A stretch of 64,000 nucleotides of DNA from Azolla caroliniana (taxonomy: Eukaryota; Plantae; Polypodiophyta): NCBI GenBank assembly GCA_043228905.1, contig JBHGNT010000048.1, positions 1 to 64,000 on the forward strand, read 5' to 3'. A model generated the notes under the pieces. That model was not told where the DNA came from. It saw nothing but the letters and a program-made list of their open reading frames with translations, and did not search any database. This document shows positions 41,535-54,475 of this stretch, piece after piece (position 1 is the stretch's first letter; each line of letters starts with the position of its first letter). The position numbers and the translations under genes are program-made.

Positions 41535-42723
41535 GATGGATAGATGCATGCATGCATGAATTTACCTGGTGTCCTACATCCCATAGGAATTTGTCTTCGG
41601 GGGTGTTGAACACATAATGGAGAGCTACAGTGAGCTCGACAACTCCCAAGCTTGAGCCAAGATGACCACCTGTTTTCGACACGGAGAAGATAATATCCGA
41701 TCGCAACTCGTCGGAAAGCTGTTTCAATTCCTACACTCAAAATAAACCCACAAATCGAGCTAAAGAACATATGAATGATCCACTTCAATACTTGAAAATA
41801 TCTCTTTCTCACAAGGACTTATACATAGTCCATTTTATTGTTGAAAGAGCCAAAAAATAAAAGTGCACTCTTCCATAACACACCTTAAGCTTCAAGTTCT
41901 TCATGTGTAAAGGATAATTTATTGTATCCAGAAGAGGTGTATCAGGCTTCTCTGCGTAATACTCTCCTTTCTCTGTCAAGGCTCCAACAATCAAGCCCTG
42001 ATTTCATAAACAACAAAACAAATCCTCATTCCACATATACTGCACGGATAGATTAGGATTTCGAAAATATGGCGTTATTAAGGTTAAGGTTTACATGAAC
42101 AACATTAGATTTTTCTAATATTCATAGGGCTTCCACAATGAGGGTTTGAGAGGTTACGTTTTGCATGATTAGAGTTTATAAAATAGGGCTTTTCTAATAC
42201 GAGGGTTTGTATGATTTATAGGGTTTCAAAAGTTAAAGGTTTGCATGATTAGAAATTACAACATTAGGGTTTCTAAGGCTAGGATTTGTAACATTATGGC
42301 TCGCAACATTAGGGCTTTCAAGGTTAACCTTAAACTTGCAGATTCTAAACTTAGAAACCCTAACATTAATCTTGAAAATCCTGAAATTAAATCCCTAATT
42401 CTTAATCTTGCAAATTCTGACATTGTAAACCCCTAGAATTAATCGTGCAAACCCTAACAGTATAGATCCTAATCTTTGAATTTGCAGGACCTAATGGTGG
42501 AAGCCCGTAGCTTTTTTTCAAAAGACAAAAGGATTAGGGGAGCATATCCACAGACCTCCATATTCGACCGTCTGAAAGCCTTGGTGGGCGGTTGTTTCTT
42601 GAGCTGCAATGGCGATCCAAAGAGATGAGAGGAAGCCAAGGATACAGAAGAGGAGGCGCCCACAAGAGGATGAAGGCAGGGCTGGGGAGAGAGAGGAATG
42701 GCGGGGCAATGAGAGGCAGCCAT
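37426..42723 (-). CDS. DXS: 1-deoxy-D-xylulose-5-phosphate synthase (MEP pathway), plastid-targeted; 10 exons, 722 aa
   Basis: Exons (minus): 42723-42556, 41997-41884, 41730-41566, 40943-40793, 40329-40058, 39959-39686, 39602-39295, 38657-38376, 38262-37978, 37575-37426; GT-AG introns, 2169 nt in frame. Motifs [43 protein letters not shown]-binding [16 protein letters not shown]...[25 protein letters not shown]; C-terminus REALEIMS*. Confidence 0.98.
37620..37945. repeat. (TATG/TGTA)-rich simple repeat filling DXS intron 9
   Basis: Degenerate ATGT/GTAT tetramers; source of several spurious ORFs. Confidence 0.85.
42050..42460. repeat. Degenerate telo-box (TAGGGTTT/AAACCCTA)-containing repeat cluster in DXS intron 1
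   Basis: Many TAGGGTTT/TAGGGCTT-like units from 42050 to 42330, then the opposite orientation (AAACCCTAA) from 42330 to 42460. Confidence 0.6.
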
Positions 42724-43429
42724 GGAAGAGACAGAGACAGAGACAGAGAGACTCTAAAAGAAATCAAGGAATGGCTATGGAGTTACAAGTTAGGACAGTG
42801 AGAGAGGAGGAGGAGGAGGAGGCAAAGTAAGTGATCGATGGATTGAGCTCCAAAGGAGATAGATTAGATTAGATATATATATACATACATACATACATAT
42901 ATATATCTATCTATATGCAGAGTCTTTTCCCCTTTCAATTCTCCTCCAATCAGAGATCTCTGCTCTCTGTCAGGGAAGGATTGCCCCCCTTTACTTAGCC
43001 TTATCTATCTCTCTTGGTGAAAACCACACAATTATATTAATAACTGTGTGTTAAAAACACTGCATTCATACATACTTAAGAGTTAGAATGGGTATCATCG
43101 GACCAAAGTATGGTCCTACATCTATAACCCCAAAGGCATATTCCCCCCCCCGATCGATCGAAACTCTCCGAATGAAGACCTCCTTCGTTCGCTACACGTG
43201 ACAATTTAGAATGCGAAACTACATTTTTTAAAGATATAACGTCCTGCCGCCATCCATGATCACATCTGTGTATTCTCTCCCATTCTTCATCGGCCTTAGA
43301 TGATAGCCATCCCAACGACTCGATGGAGCAAATAATACAGAAGATTAGAGTAAGCACATGTAATAATAATAAGAAGAAGAAGAAATGGTGCTTGACCCCG
43401 TAAACACCGATCAAACCCTAAACCTCCCT

Positions 43430-46400
43430 TTGTTTGTACATGTAAAGGACCTTGCATTGATGCAATATTTTGATGTTGTTGCCAGATAAACCCATAAATA
43501 AGTGGGATTCTGATATTGTTGCTAGATAAACCCATAAATAGGCGGGATGCGTAATAATTGTCGCGCTTCGACAAGCTCCAAAATTCTTTGAGATGAAGCC
43601 TCAACTATATCTCCCACCTCTTTGACCCCCAAACAAAACAAACAATTAAACTTAGAGCGCAATCTCTCCTTTCCTGGCCAACATAATAACCGAAAGACAC
43701 GGGTAATTCTTTTTGCAAAGAATTACATTGCTCTCTACTAGGTGATGGTTTCCATACACATAACAAGAGGGCTTCTTGCCATGAGATAACCAAGTGTTGA
43801 ACATATGAAGAGCCCGAAATCTTAAGTGAAATACATCCATTCAATAATTGCCACCATAAAGCCTTAATCGTTGTCCTCCCATGTGTTAAACCCTTGTTCT
43901 CAATTAAATATTGAACAATAGATATCCATGGTTGTGAGTTCGAACACATGTTTTGCAATAATGAAAATCTACGAGCCATCATATGCATAGATAAGTCCAA
44001 TATTCTAGCCCCCCCCCCCCCCCCCGCAGGGTTTCTAGATGATTCCACACAACCCATGTGATTCCCACCTTATCCCTCTTCTTCCACAACAAATATCGAA
44101 GAGGTTACAAACCAGAATGCAAAGTCGTCTTTGTCTATAGCAACAATGGCAAGTAATATAATATCATAGGTTCCATAATACATTGTACAACATTCAAGCG
44201 TACATGAAATGGCCAAGATTGTGACTTCCAATACATGAATTTGCCCCTTAACCTACTAGACATTCATTCAATCAATTGACCATTTGTAACATTCATTCCT
44301 AATGGATTGCCGAAGTATCGAAAAATAGAGCCTTTCTTCACCATGGATCCTTGTCATCCTAAACATTCCAAATCCCTTTGAGTGCATGATATGAGACTAG
44401 ACTTCCTCCAATTAATATGTAATCCAGTAGCCAATGCGAATTGGTTCCATACAAGCATCCCCTTCTTGAGATTCTCTCGTGAGGCTTGTAGAAACATGAA
44501 AGAATCATCTGCCAAAGCTTGTGCTACTAATTGCCCTCCAAACGGAAGGTGTAGACCCACAATGTCACCATTTGTTGCAAGCCTTGCTAGCATCACTAAC
44601 AAGGGATGGGTAATAATAGCAAACAACAATGGGTTAAGAGGGCATCCTTGACGAATGGATATTGTGAGGGCAATATCTGATGTAACTCCCCCATTAAGCA
44701 TTACTCGAGACACCACACCTTGTCCTAATAAAAATATGAGTCGAGACATACGGTCCAAAGCCCATTGTATGCATTAACCCAGAAACAAAGGACCAATTAA
44801 CATGATCATAATGCTTTCTCCAAATCCAATTGCACCATAATCAATTCTTGATGAGTGTTTCTCGCATAATCCATGGTCATTTGAACATTCAACACATTAT
44901 GCAATATATTCCTACTTGCAATAAAACCATATTAGGCAGGATGTATCAACTTTGGTGAATACTTTTGTAATCTATTTGGCAAGACCTTTGTAAATACCTT
45001 ATACAACCCCCCTATCAAAGAAATAGGTCCCCATTGATGAAATGACTCCGAAGATGCTACCTTTGGAACTAATTTAATTAGACCAACTTTCCAAGCTTGA
45101 GGCATGCAACCAAAATCCCAACAATGTTGAAACATCAAAGTTAAGGGCCCCTTTGAAATGTTTGAATATCGCTTAAAAACTTCATTTGTCAAGCCATCCC
45201 AGTCAGGGCTCTTACCACTAGGAACATGCCTTAAATTCGTATCCACCTCATCCTTAGTGAAATCCGCATCCAATTCATGACTAATGAGGTCATGCACAAT
45301 ACATACATCCAACCACATCATAAAACTCATGACATGCCCTACTCACCTCGTTTTGTCATTAACAATTGTGGGCCAATCAACTCCTTAAAGTAATGAACAC
45401 AATGTTAATTATTCTAGTTACAAGATCCACTATCAATTCATCCTCTTGCTTCACATGTATCACATTCGATCGAGCATAAGTAGGATGTAACGCTTGGAAA
45501 AACAAATGAGATTGACATTGATTATCTATTCGCATAACGATAACTTTGGCATTGCAACTAAGAAATAATAACCTGCAATTGACTTTGGATATCCAAAAAT
45601 TCCTCATCTAATGGTACATGTATCAATAATGCATTAAACCTGGAAAGAACTTGTGAGAATTGTCAAAGAAGACCTCTTCTTCGTTGAGCATTAGTTGCTC
45701 CATATATACGATGAATGATCTTAATGTTTCGTAACGTGATATCCCATGCTTTAATTCCTTTAAGATTCACTTCTTGTGAAAAATTTACCAAAATTTGCTC
45801 CATGAGAGAATCAAAGTGAGGTTGAAGCAAAAGAGAAGAGTTAAAGCGTAATGGAGACTTTCCAAGTAAGGATTTATACATGTCAATTGCATGACAACAA
45901 ACCTCCAAACAAATAGGAAAGTGATATGAAGTTCCTACATCTTATAGAACTGTCATATGAAGTGATATCGGTAAAAAAGAATCACAGTGCACCACATACA
46001 TTCTATCTAGCTGACTCCATGTTTGTCTATGTTGAGCAGATTGGAAAGTAAAACCTAGATCATTCCCATGCAACCATGTCCAAACATCCAACTTCAAAAT
46101 CTCCATAGCCAATGAATCCCAAGCAAGGTGCTTAGGATCATCCATGATTGAATGTTCCGTCGTAGATTGAGATGCATCAACACACATGTTTAGATCACCC
46201 ATAAGTAATATTGGATGACCCACACATATGGTATGGAGTGAGCCCCATAATGCAATACGTTGAGTGGCTTGGTTAGGGGCATAAATCCCAATCACCCACA
46301 CAACCTCGCCCAAAAACGTGATTTTTAGAACCAAAAACCAACCATAAGGATCATTATGCACCACTTGAGGATAATATTTATCCCGCACGATTAATACCAC

Positions 46401-46750
46401 GCCTTAATAATGATTATTAAGATGTCATGCATAGAATGATGAATATCCACGCAAATGAACTGTGGATCCTACTAGCTCATGACACTTATGTTCAACTGCA
46501 CATAATACATCCCATACTTTACTTAACAAAGTTTCCCATAATATATACTTCTTATGAGGAGAACATGCCCCTCTCACATTCCATGTTACCACTTTCATTC
46601 AATCAACAGTGTTATGGGTGCACTTGCTCCTTTAAAGCAACCGATGTCATGAAACTAGTCAAAGCATGTTCCAATGTTGCATATGGATTCTCATGCACCA
46701 CATCCTTAGGGGTGTCTATCGAAATCTTTTGTTTACCTCCCTCCACTTGA
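43430..46750 (-). mobile_element. Decayed non-LTR retrotransposon (LINE, L1-like) ORF2
   Basis: Endonuclease fragments (IYAPN, LMGDLN, FTF..SQLDRMY) at 45942-46400; RT fragments (GKSPDWDGLT, WGPISL..YKVFTKVL.NRL, IRQGCPLNPLLF, ALADD, GLHINWRKS) at 44354-45330. Many stops and frameshifts. Confidence 0.92.
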
Positions 46751-47481
46751 CGAAAACCTCAAGAATTCAATGAATTTACAACCCGTCTCAATTAATCAAA
46801 TTGAAGGTCAAGGGGTACCACTATTTTACCTTGCACAAAGGAATCATGTGAAGAACCAACCTCCAGCGGTACCTTATGTATATATATATACTTAAAGAAA
46901 TTAAATATTTCTCATGTTGTCTTTGAATGATCATCCAAACACTACAATGGCACATTCATTAACTTGTACTCATATTGTCGATGAGAGTGAACGTGAAGAC
47001 AAGTGGAGGAATTAACATTCATATGACCTCCTATAATGCCTTATACACTATATTTTTTAGGAATGGATGTGTGCTTGTGTTACCTTTGGTTTGTTGTTGG
47101 TTGGTATTGATATCAACTCATGATGCCACAACATTGAAAAAAATCGTTAACATGCATCGTCATTGCCAATGAGGTTGAAGGATGGTTTATTTCAATTAGT
47201 TCATGATACCACGTAGTTGGTAGTGACAAGAAACACAAACTTGTATTAATATTGCAAATGAAAAAAACCACAGTATCCATCGTGGAATCAAATGTCCCAA
47301 TCAAATCGTAGAATGATAAATCGTCATTATTTGGAAAAGACACTACCACATGAACAGAATCACCCTAGCATATTTCTATGAAAATAGATGATTGTGACTT
47401 TCCCAATAGCTAAACATGTGGTGTTTTATTTGCAACTCATTATTACGTTGTTTCCATGAATAATAAATTTAGTTGATGATT

Positions 47482-47712
47482 GACATCTGGCAATGATGTC
47501 ACAAACTTGGATAATTATTGTTACTGAGGTTGGATTAAAGGATCTATTGCGTGATCATATCTCTATTCTATGCATTTTCATGATCAATCAAGATCGACAT
47601 CTAGCAATGATGTCACAAACTTGGATAATTATTGTTACTGAGGTTGGATTAAAGGATCAATTGCGTGATCATATCTCTATTCTATGCATTTTCGTGATCA
47701 ATCAAGATCGAT
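47482..47712. repeat. Near-perfect 114-bp tandem duplication
   Basis: GACATCT(G/A)GCAATGATGTCACAAACTTGG...AATCAAGATC occurs twice in tandem with only a few substitutions. Confidence 0.92.
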
Positions 47713-48407
47713 ACATATACCACCGATTAAATAAAAAATGGTTAACTTAAATTAGTCTTTATAGATTAGGGTGAGCCAATACATAGACTATTAGAGGAAA
47801 TAAAACTCCATTTTGTACAATATCACACTCACTAATCAATAGATGAAATAAATTATGGGCTTATATTGAATTTGTAGGCAAGGGTATAGACTATAGCCAA
47901 GAGAGTGATGAGAAATTACAGCTTCATTATGTACCTTCAATAATTGATTACATTACCACATGTTATTACCAAGAGACCACACGAGGAGTGAAAGCAATGG
48001 ATACTGTAGATATTTACCACATGCAGATACTACGTAAATCTCAATAGTGTTTCAAAGAAATATATTCCTATTTTGCAATTTCTTGCCCTCAAAATTTTAA
48101 AGTATGATTTCCCTCATGTCGATGACACACAAATGTAGGGATATTTTCAAAAATATCTCTCACAGTGGGTCGTGTACAAAAGGTACCCTAATGGGCATGT
48201 TGACAATCATCATCAATACTGAGGTGGCTTTTGTTCCTATCCAATCATTGGATTTGAATGTTTTGTCACAAACATGTTGCTTACTAATGGAGATTTGAGT
48301 TTTATGTATCAAAGAACATTGGTTGGTTCCGTCTTTTTTAAGATGGAAGAGTTAGAGGCTTACTTTTTACCAAATTCCCGTGTGAGTCATGGATGATGAT
48401 CATGCTC

Positions 48408-48411
<4 letters not shown>

Positions 48412-48453
<42 letters not shown>
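48412..48453. repeat. (CT)n microsatellite
   Basis: Pure dinucleotide run. Confidence 0.9.
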
Positions 48454-48455
<2 letters not shown>

Positions 48456-51400
48456 TGAGATGTTAGAAGAGTGTCAACATGTGAACCTTACAATCTCTTG
48501 CTCTATCTCTCTCATGTGATAAGCTTGCACACATGCACAAATTTCCCATAACCATGTTATTAACCCAACAACAAAGCCATTCATGTGTTGTGACCGTATT
48601 GAAATTTGGAAACTAAATCATTCAAACTTCAACGCATTAAAATATTATTGACAATTATGTTTGAGGTCTTTAATACTTTAAATATTATAATCTAGATTGT
48701 AGGGCGTGCCGTGTAACAGACACATGTATACATATACTTTGTTCTATACGGAAATCAATGTTCAAATATTGGTGCAAATAAAAGTAAACACAATATTACA
48801 TGTTGAAATTGATATGATACGAAATAATGTGTTCGAGAGATATTCATATAAACACAAAGGTTGAACTAGTCGATTATCTATTCTACCATTATTTCATCCA
48901 TTGGGGATTAATACGTCAACACTAAACAATTGTTTAGTGTTATCACTGATATGAGTTCAAATGGACTTTAGGCATGGCCCATTGTTCAATAAATTGAAAT
49001 GCTTAGTGAGCTTTGCATGTGTTCATTGAATATTATAAATCCACATCAACCTAGTGGATTCACAAACATGACAATATCTCTATGAATTCATTCATAAATA
49101 ATCTAATCCCCGTTTTCCACCACCGACAATATTCACTCAACTCCCATCAATGCCAAAGCTCAAGTTGTGATGGACTTGGTTAGCCCAATAACACACAAAC
49201 TCTCTAGAAACAATGTTATAGGTGGGTCTTCTCCAATCAAACTGTGCACAAGCGTCGTTATTGCAGGAGATATGGAGTGAAGCTATAGCCATGTTAAAGA
49301 GCCAATATGATGGCATCATGAGCGGATTCGATGGAGCCGGAAGACAATGATTAGCCTTCATCCAACAATGGTCGCCCTCTCCCTTTCTTGAATTAGCGGG
49401 CCTCCACATAAAATGAAACTATCAAGTTCCTTCTAGGATTCGTATATAACATTCTCAATTCTAATATTTTATAACTAACAGAATAAGTTTTTGGGAAAAA
49501 AATCCTAATCCTCGAAGTATGCTCATTCCAAACTTACAATCAATAAATGGCCATTCTTAACATCATTTTGGCCTTTATTAATGGTACCATCATAGTATTT
49601 TAGTTTGATAAACTCCCGTATTGTCACATGTTGAAAGACCAAAGCATTATTTGTAATGTCCTTATCGGACTATGGGAACACGTTGTTGAGATTAATAATA
49701 ATTCAAATAATGACTTGACTGGTTTCCTTTTCAAGAAAGTTTAACAAGCAAAGTCTCAGCTACAAGATTGTGTTTGTCCCCAAGAACAAGGCCTTGTATT
49801 GCACAATGAAACAATGCCTTCTTGACTTTTCTGAATGTATTTTAGCAAAAAAAAATCAGAAATATCCCCCAACGTTTCCTTATTGTTTCCTTGATGCCCT
49901 TGAAGTCTTATTATTTCTCCATACACCCTTTAGTCAGCCCTTGCCAGAGAATGCTATTTGAGATATTACATGGTCAATTCATCCCCACCTCCTAATTACA
50001 TTGTTATTTGAGCAAATATTTGGTCACTTTATCCCAAATTTCTCTTTTTCTTCTTCTAGGGTATCATAGGAAACTTGTTTTATTTATACATAAATTTTAA
50101 CAAATGCAATCAACTTAAATGCTTTGAAAGATGTATGCCCGAACTAAATGAGTTTACATTCGTGTTGACCCACAATAATAGAGAGAGAAATTTTTGATAG
50201 ACATTAACTTTATGTGTGTTCATGAGGTCTTTCTTCTTCATATCATCTAGATTTGTTACAAACAAACCCCAAATTTATTGTTTGTTTTAGTAAAATTATG
50301 CATGCGAGGTTGGGATACTTGTGATCGATACTGTAACATGGACACGAAGGTGATTATACTTTTATAAAGACATAATATAATGTTTTAATTGTATGAGATT
50401 GCTTTAATAATCGCAAACATATTGATCTAACATCCACCTTGATAATGACCATATGTGGCATCTCTTAATATCACAAAATGGCAATGTGTTGTAAAAGGGA
50501 GCTACATGACATCAAATCATGTTACTGATGAGCACACAATTCCAACTCACAGTGACGTTTGTTACTCATCTTTTAATTTGCGTTACAATGAGTCAATGTC
50601 ATCCTGCCATTGAAATATCAATCATTGGATGCAAACGATTCAATGGGGACAGTGAAGTATCATCCTTGCAATGACACCATTTTATGATGAATTGAAACCA
50701 TGTGACTTGAGCAATGTGTCCCAACATTATGTGCTAAATAAAAGAATGAATACAAACCACAAAAACATTACTTTTAGTACATGGAATAATTAGATTTCGA
50801 GTCTAGATTATGATCGATTGTGTTGTTGTCGACCTCCCTTCCATGCATTAATATTTATTTAGTGCAACAAATTTATATGGACCCAGTTTTAAAATAATAG
50901 TTTGGAAGATTTCAATAGTGTCGGAGGCTTGAGATCAAAATCAATTTTCCTATGGGTGCTTTATGGTACGACCACAACTTATAAAAATGTCCAGCTTCCT
51001 TTTAACATGTTCTGATCATATAATTTACCCTAAATTTCATTAAATTAGCTCTATGACAAGTTTATCAAGTTCTTGGTGCATAAAAAACCTCTAAGTATGC
51101 TTAATTTAACCTTAAATAGAGATTTGAGGCATGACAACATTACACTTACCCTCATGTTTCCATCAATGAGGCATTTTCCCTACCACTGCCTTTTGCGAGA
51201 AAAATGTCATCTACTCACTCGAGAATAAAATCGTCCAAAGGCACAAGGCAAAAAGTACATAACACCTAAGACAAAAACATGCCCTTCTACTTATTTAAAA
51301 ATGATGAGTAGCCTAAAGGTTAAGTTGTTCAAGAGTAAATATGTATCGAGAGAGAGAGAGAGTACAATGGTAAGGCTATGGAATTGTTAACATGGAGGTA

Positions 51401-51586
51401 CAAGGTTTGAATCTTGCCTTGTGCATGTAACATACATTTAATGCTTTTGTATCCAATGGTAGACATGGAGTGAAACATATGTACGAAAGTTGAAGGGAGT
51501 ACTAATGTGACAATTTTCTTTATTAGAGCAAGTGGAAATTCAACATGTTCCACTACCCATGTAGTGTAATTAGTGGGTAACCATTA

Positions 51587-52420
51587 AGTCATGAATACAT
51601 AAACATCATGGCTTCACCTGGGCTTGAACCCAAGACCTTGTAATACATGAACAAGAACCTAACCATTTAGATAGCCTACGATCATATGAGATGATAAAGT
51701 GAAACACGGGCAATTCACGACATTTGGTGTGAAGGCTAGAGGCACTACCAAAGCTACAAAGTGATAATAATAAAAATTGGCTTTTGGTGGACAAAAGTTG
51801 GATCCGAAGCTAAAAACTAAATAAATTCCTAAGTTATCCATTACATTTTTTTTAATGTTAGCGTGAATCAATGAAGTCATCAATCATGTTGCTGACTTGT
51901 AAAAAAAGAAAAAAGTGGCTCCCTTGGAGAGCGCGGTACAATGAAAGTTGTAGGCCGTGTTCGGAGGGGAGTCATTGTCTATCGTTGGCCTTCGTGGTAG
52001 AATAATTCGGGTAGGTCTAAGAGACAGTAGCTTACCCTGTGGTGGATGCCAACGGTTCAAGTCCTCTTATCTCCAGCTTGTGATTTGAGTCAATGGAGTC
52101 ACACACACTACTTCTTGTAATACGCTGATTATTGTAAATACTCTAGAACATTCTAGAACATCTTAGAATATTCTAGGTCTAGAACATTCTAGAACAATAT
52201 AGAATTCTCTTGGCTATTCTATATAATCTATAAATATAGACATACAATTCTTCTCAAACCAATTCGAATCAACACCAGTCTTAAGCTCTTATCGCCTATC
52301 TTGTATCCATTCTCATTCTATCTTAATACATTCATTCCTCTCTTATCACTTCATTCCTCTCTTCTTGTGATCTCGTTACATCTTTCTTCCACCACTCTAT
52401 CTTTTCTCTTGGTTCTGACA
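51587..52420 (+). mobile_element. Solo LTR of a Gypsy-like family, interrupted by a plastid fragment
   Basis: Starts (A)GTCATGA and ends TCTGACA. The CTAGAA-rich block and AACCAATTCGAATCAACACCAGTCTTAA match the reverse complement of the LTR at 63525-63978. Flanked by CCAT(T)/CCAT(A). Antisense tRNA-like module at about 51608-51678. Confidence 0.7.
51918..52085 (+). pseudogene. trnA: NUPT: 3' end of the plastid trnA-UGC group II intron (domains V/VI) plus exon 2
   Basis: GAGCGCGG-TACAAT-GAAA-GTTGTA-GG-CCGTGTTC is a domain V hairpin, followed by GTCATTGTCTATCGTTGGCC...TTACCCTG and GGTGGATGCCAACGGTTCAAGTCCTCTTATCTCCA. This closely resembles the conserved plastid trnA intron end and exon 2 (recognised from memory, not by search). 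Confidence 0.88.
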
Positions 52421-52567
52421 CCATACTCCATTGTCAGACCCATGAGAGAGAGAGAGAGAGAGAGATCGTATTGCCTATTGGTAATTCAACATGTTCCACT
52501 ACCCATGTAGTGTAGCTACTGGGTGACCATACTCCATTGTGATACCCATTGTAAGTAGTATTTTTCA

Positions 52568-52983
52568 TAACAATCGGCAATGGTTCGGTTTGAACCGAAC
52601 CAAATTGCGGAACCGCAACTTAACAGTTTAAAGGTTCAGGTTCGGTTCGGTTTCAATCGTTAGAAACCGTGGTTTAAACGATTTAATGGTATTTTATTTT
52701 ATTTTAAAATTTAAAAAAACAATTTTTAAACAACCTTTTCATTTTTAGACCGTATTCTCACATTTTAGGAACATCTTTAAAATTTTAAAAATTTTAAAAA
52801 ATGATATATTTTAAATTTTAAATTTTAAAATTTCACTTCAGTTGAAAACCGAAACCAAAGTTTTAACGGCTTGAATTTTTTTTAACAGTTTCGTGGTGCA
52901 GTTCGGTTCAAGTTTCAAAAATTTTTAACGGTTCGGTTTTGACCCTCTCAAACCAAACCAAACCAAACCGTTGCTGATTGTTA
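52568..52983. mobile_element. hAT-type MITE
   Basis: TIRs TAACAATCGGCAATGGTTCGGTTT / AAACCAAACCGTTGCTGATTGTTA; 8-bp TSD ATTTTTCA / GTTTTTCA (7 of 8 match); AT-rich core with AAACCG motifs. Confidence 0.85.
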
Positions 52984-54475
52984 GTTTTTCACACACTTTT
53001 ATTAATATAATTGTGTGTTTTCACCAAGAGAGAAAGAGAATTAGAATTTTTATCATCCATAAAAAGACCAATTTTGACCTATGGGACCAATTTCATCGTC
53101 CATAGAGACAGAGAGAGGCCATATATTTACTCAAAGGAATATGAAATTGCGAAAAAGGTGATGAAATGACAATATAATATGTCAATATGATGTAGTGGGA
53201 GATTGGCTAAGGGGATGTCGGAAAATAACAAAATTTGTCGATGCATGCCTTAGTTCTTTATTTCCCCAAAATTCCTTACAAGTTTTGTTATTCCCAAATC
53301 TTGGCAGGTTTTACTATGTCATTACAACTTAATCAGAGAGTTAATTAGAGCCTAAAATAATCACCACTCATGATAATCAATAATGTCACGTTAATCTAGT
53401 TAAAAACTTGTGATATGATAGTTTTGGGGGGAAAAAAAACTTGTGATATTTTCATAAACTCTTAGCCACCTACTAGTACGGATTAAAGAAGGTAGAGATG
53501 CATCATTGTCACTTGTTATAAAGGTAGGGATGATTAAAGGTATGGTCCTTTACGATAAATGTTGAAGTATTTTGGTACTTTTAATTTATTTTTCCTTTGT
53601 TATCTAACCAAAGCACACATCCCACAAAGTTATCAGTAATCAAGTTGATAAAAAAGGGTTATGATGCCCAACCTTGTATCATTTGTCAACTTTCCAACTG
53701 TTCAGACGATAATCAAAATTGACTATCACCAGTCTAAATGTAAAATGTCCCTATGTTTTCCACTAAAAAAAACATCAAAATCACATGCTCTAAAGAAACC
53801 ACGCGAAAGGTAACCATAAGGGTTGAGTGAAATTACAACACCACAAACAAGGTGGAAGAAAAAAAACTCCTAACACATAAAATACCTCAAAATAGTCAAA
53901 CTCGATATAGGTGGCAGGAGATTAGGCAATATGAGAAATGGTCGCATGTCCTTGTATTATTGGCAAAATGAAAATAGTAGCTTTGTGTGGCCATTTGTGA
54001 TGGTTGATCATTCACTTTCCGTGTTTCTAGGGTTGTACTTAGGACTACCTAGAGGGTAGAGCACATTCATAATCCATTCTCCATGAAAATGCACAAACAT
54101 ATCGAATGTGCGAGATGTTCGCCCCCTTCACTAACATGTCAATATTGTAGCCTATATGGATATTATTTATTAACCAAGGATGATTCGGCATGCAATAGCC
54201 TCTCTAGTTTCGTTATTAGGAATGCAATTACTTGTTTCTTTCTTATTTCATTTGTTCGATACTAAAAGGTGGGACAACAAGTAAAACAAAAGAAATTACA
54301 TAGTAAAAGGTGTCGGGACTCGGGGTTAAAAACGTGGGCACTTTCTACGTATTAATGAAGAACTTACCTAGAAATGATAAAGAAGTGGGGTTTCATGATT
54401 TCGAAACGATTATGTATAATATACTCCTCGAAACATGTGTATGTGTAGGAATAATATGTGACACAAAAAAACTTT

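Noticed and set aside
49140-49420. Possible LINE ORF2 C-terminal fragment (LQEIWSEAIAMLKSQYDG...)
   Set aside because: The resemblance is suggestive but too short and degenerate to call without a search.
52041-52075. Functional nuclear tRNA-Ala
   Set aside because: Only the 3' half is present, attached to a group II intron end and carrying mutations; it is a plastid-derived fragment.
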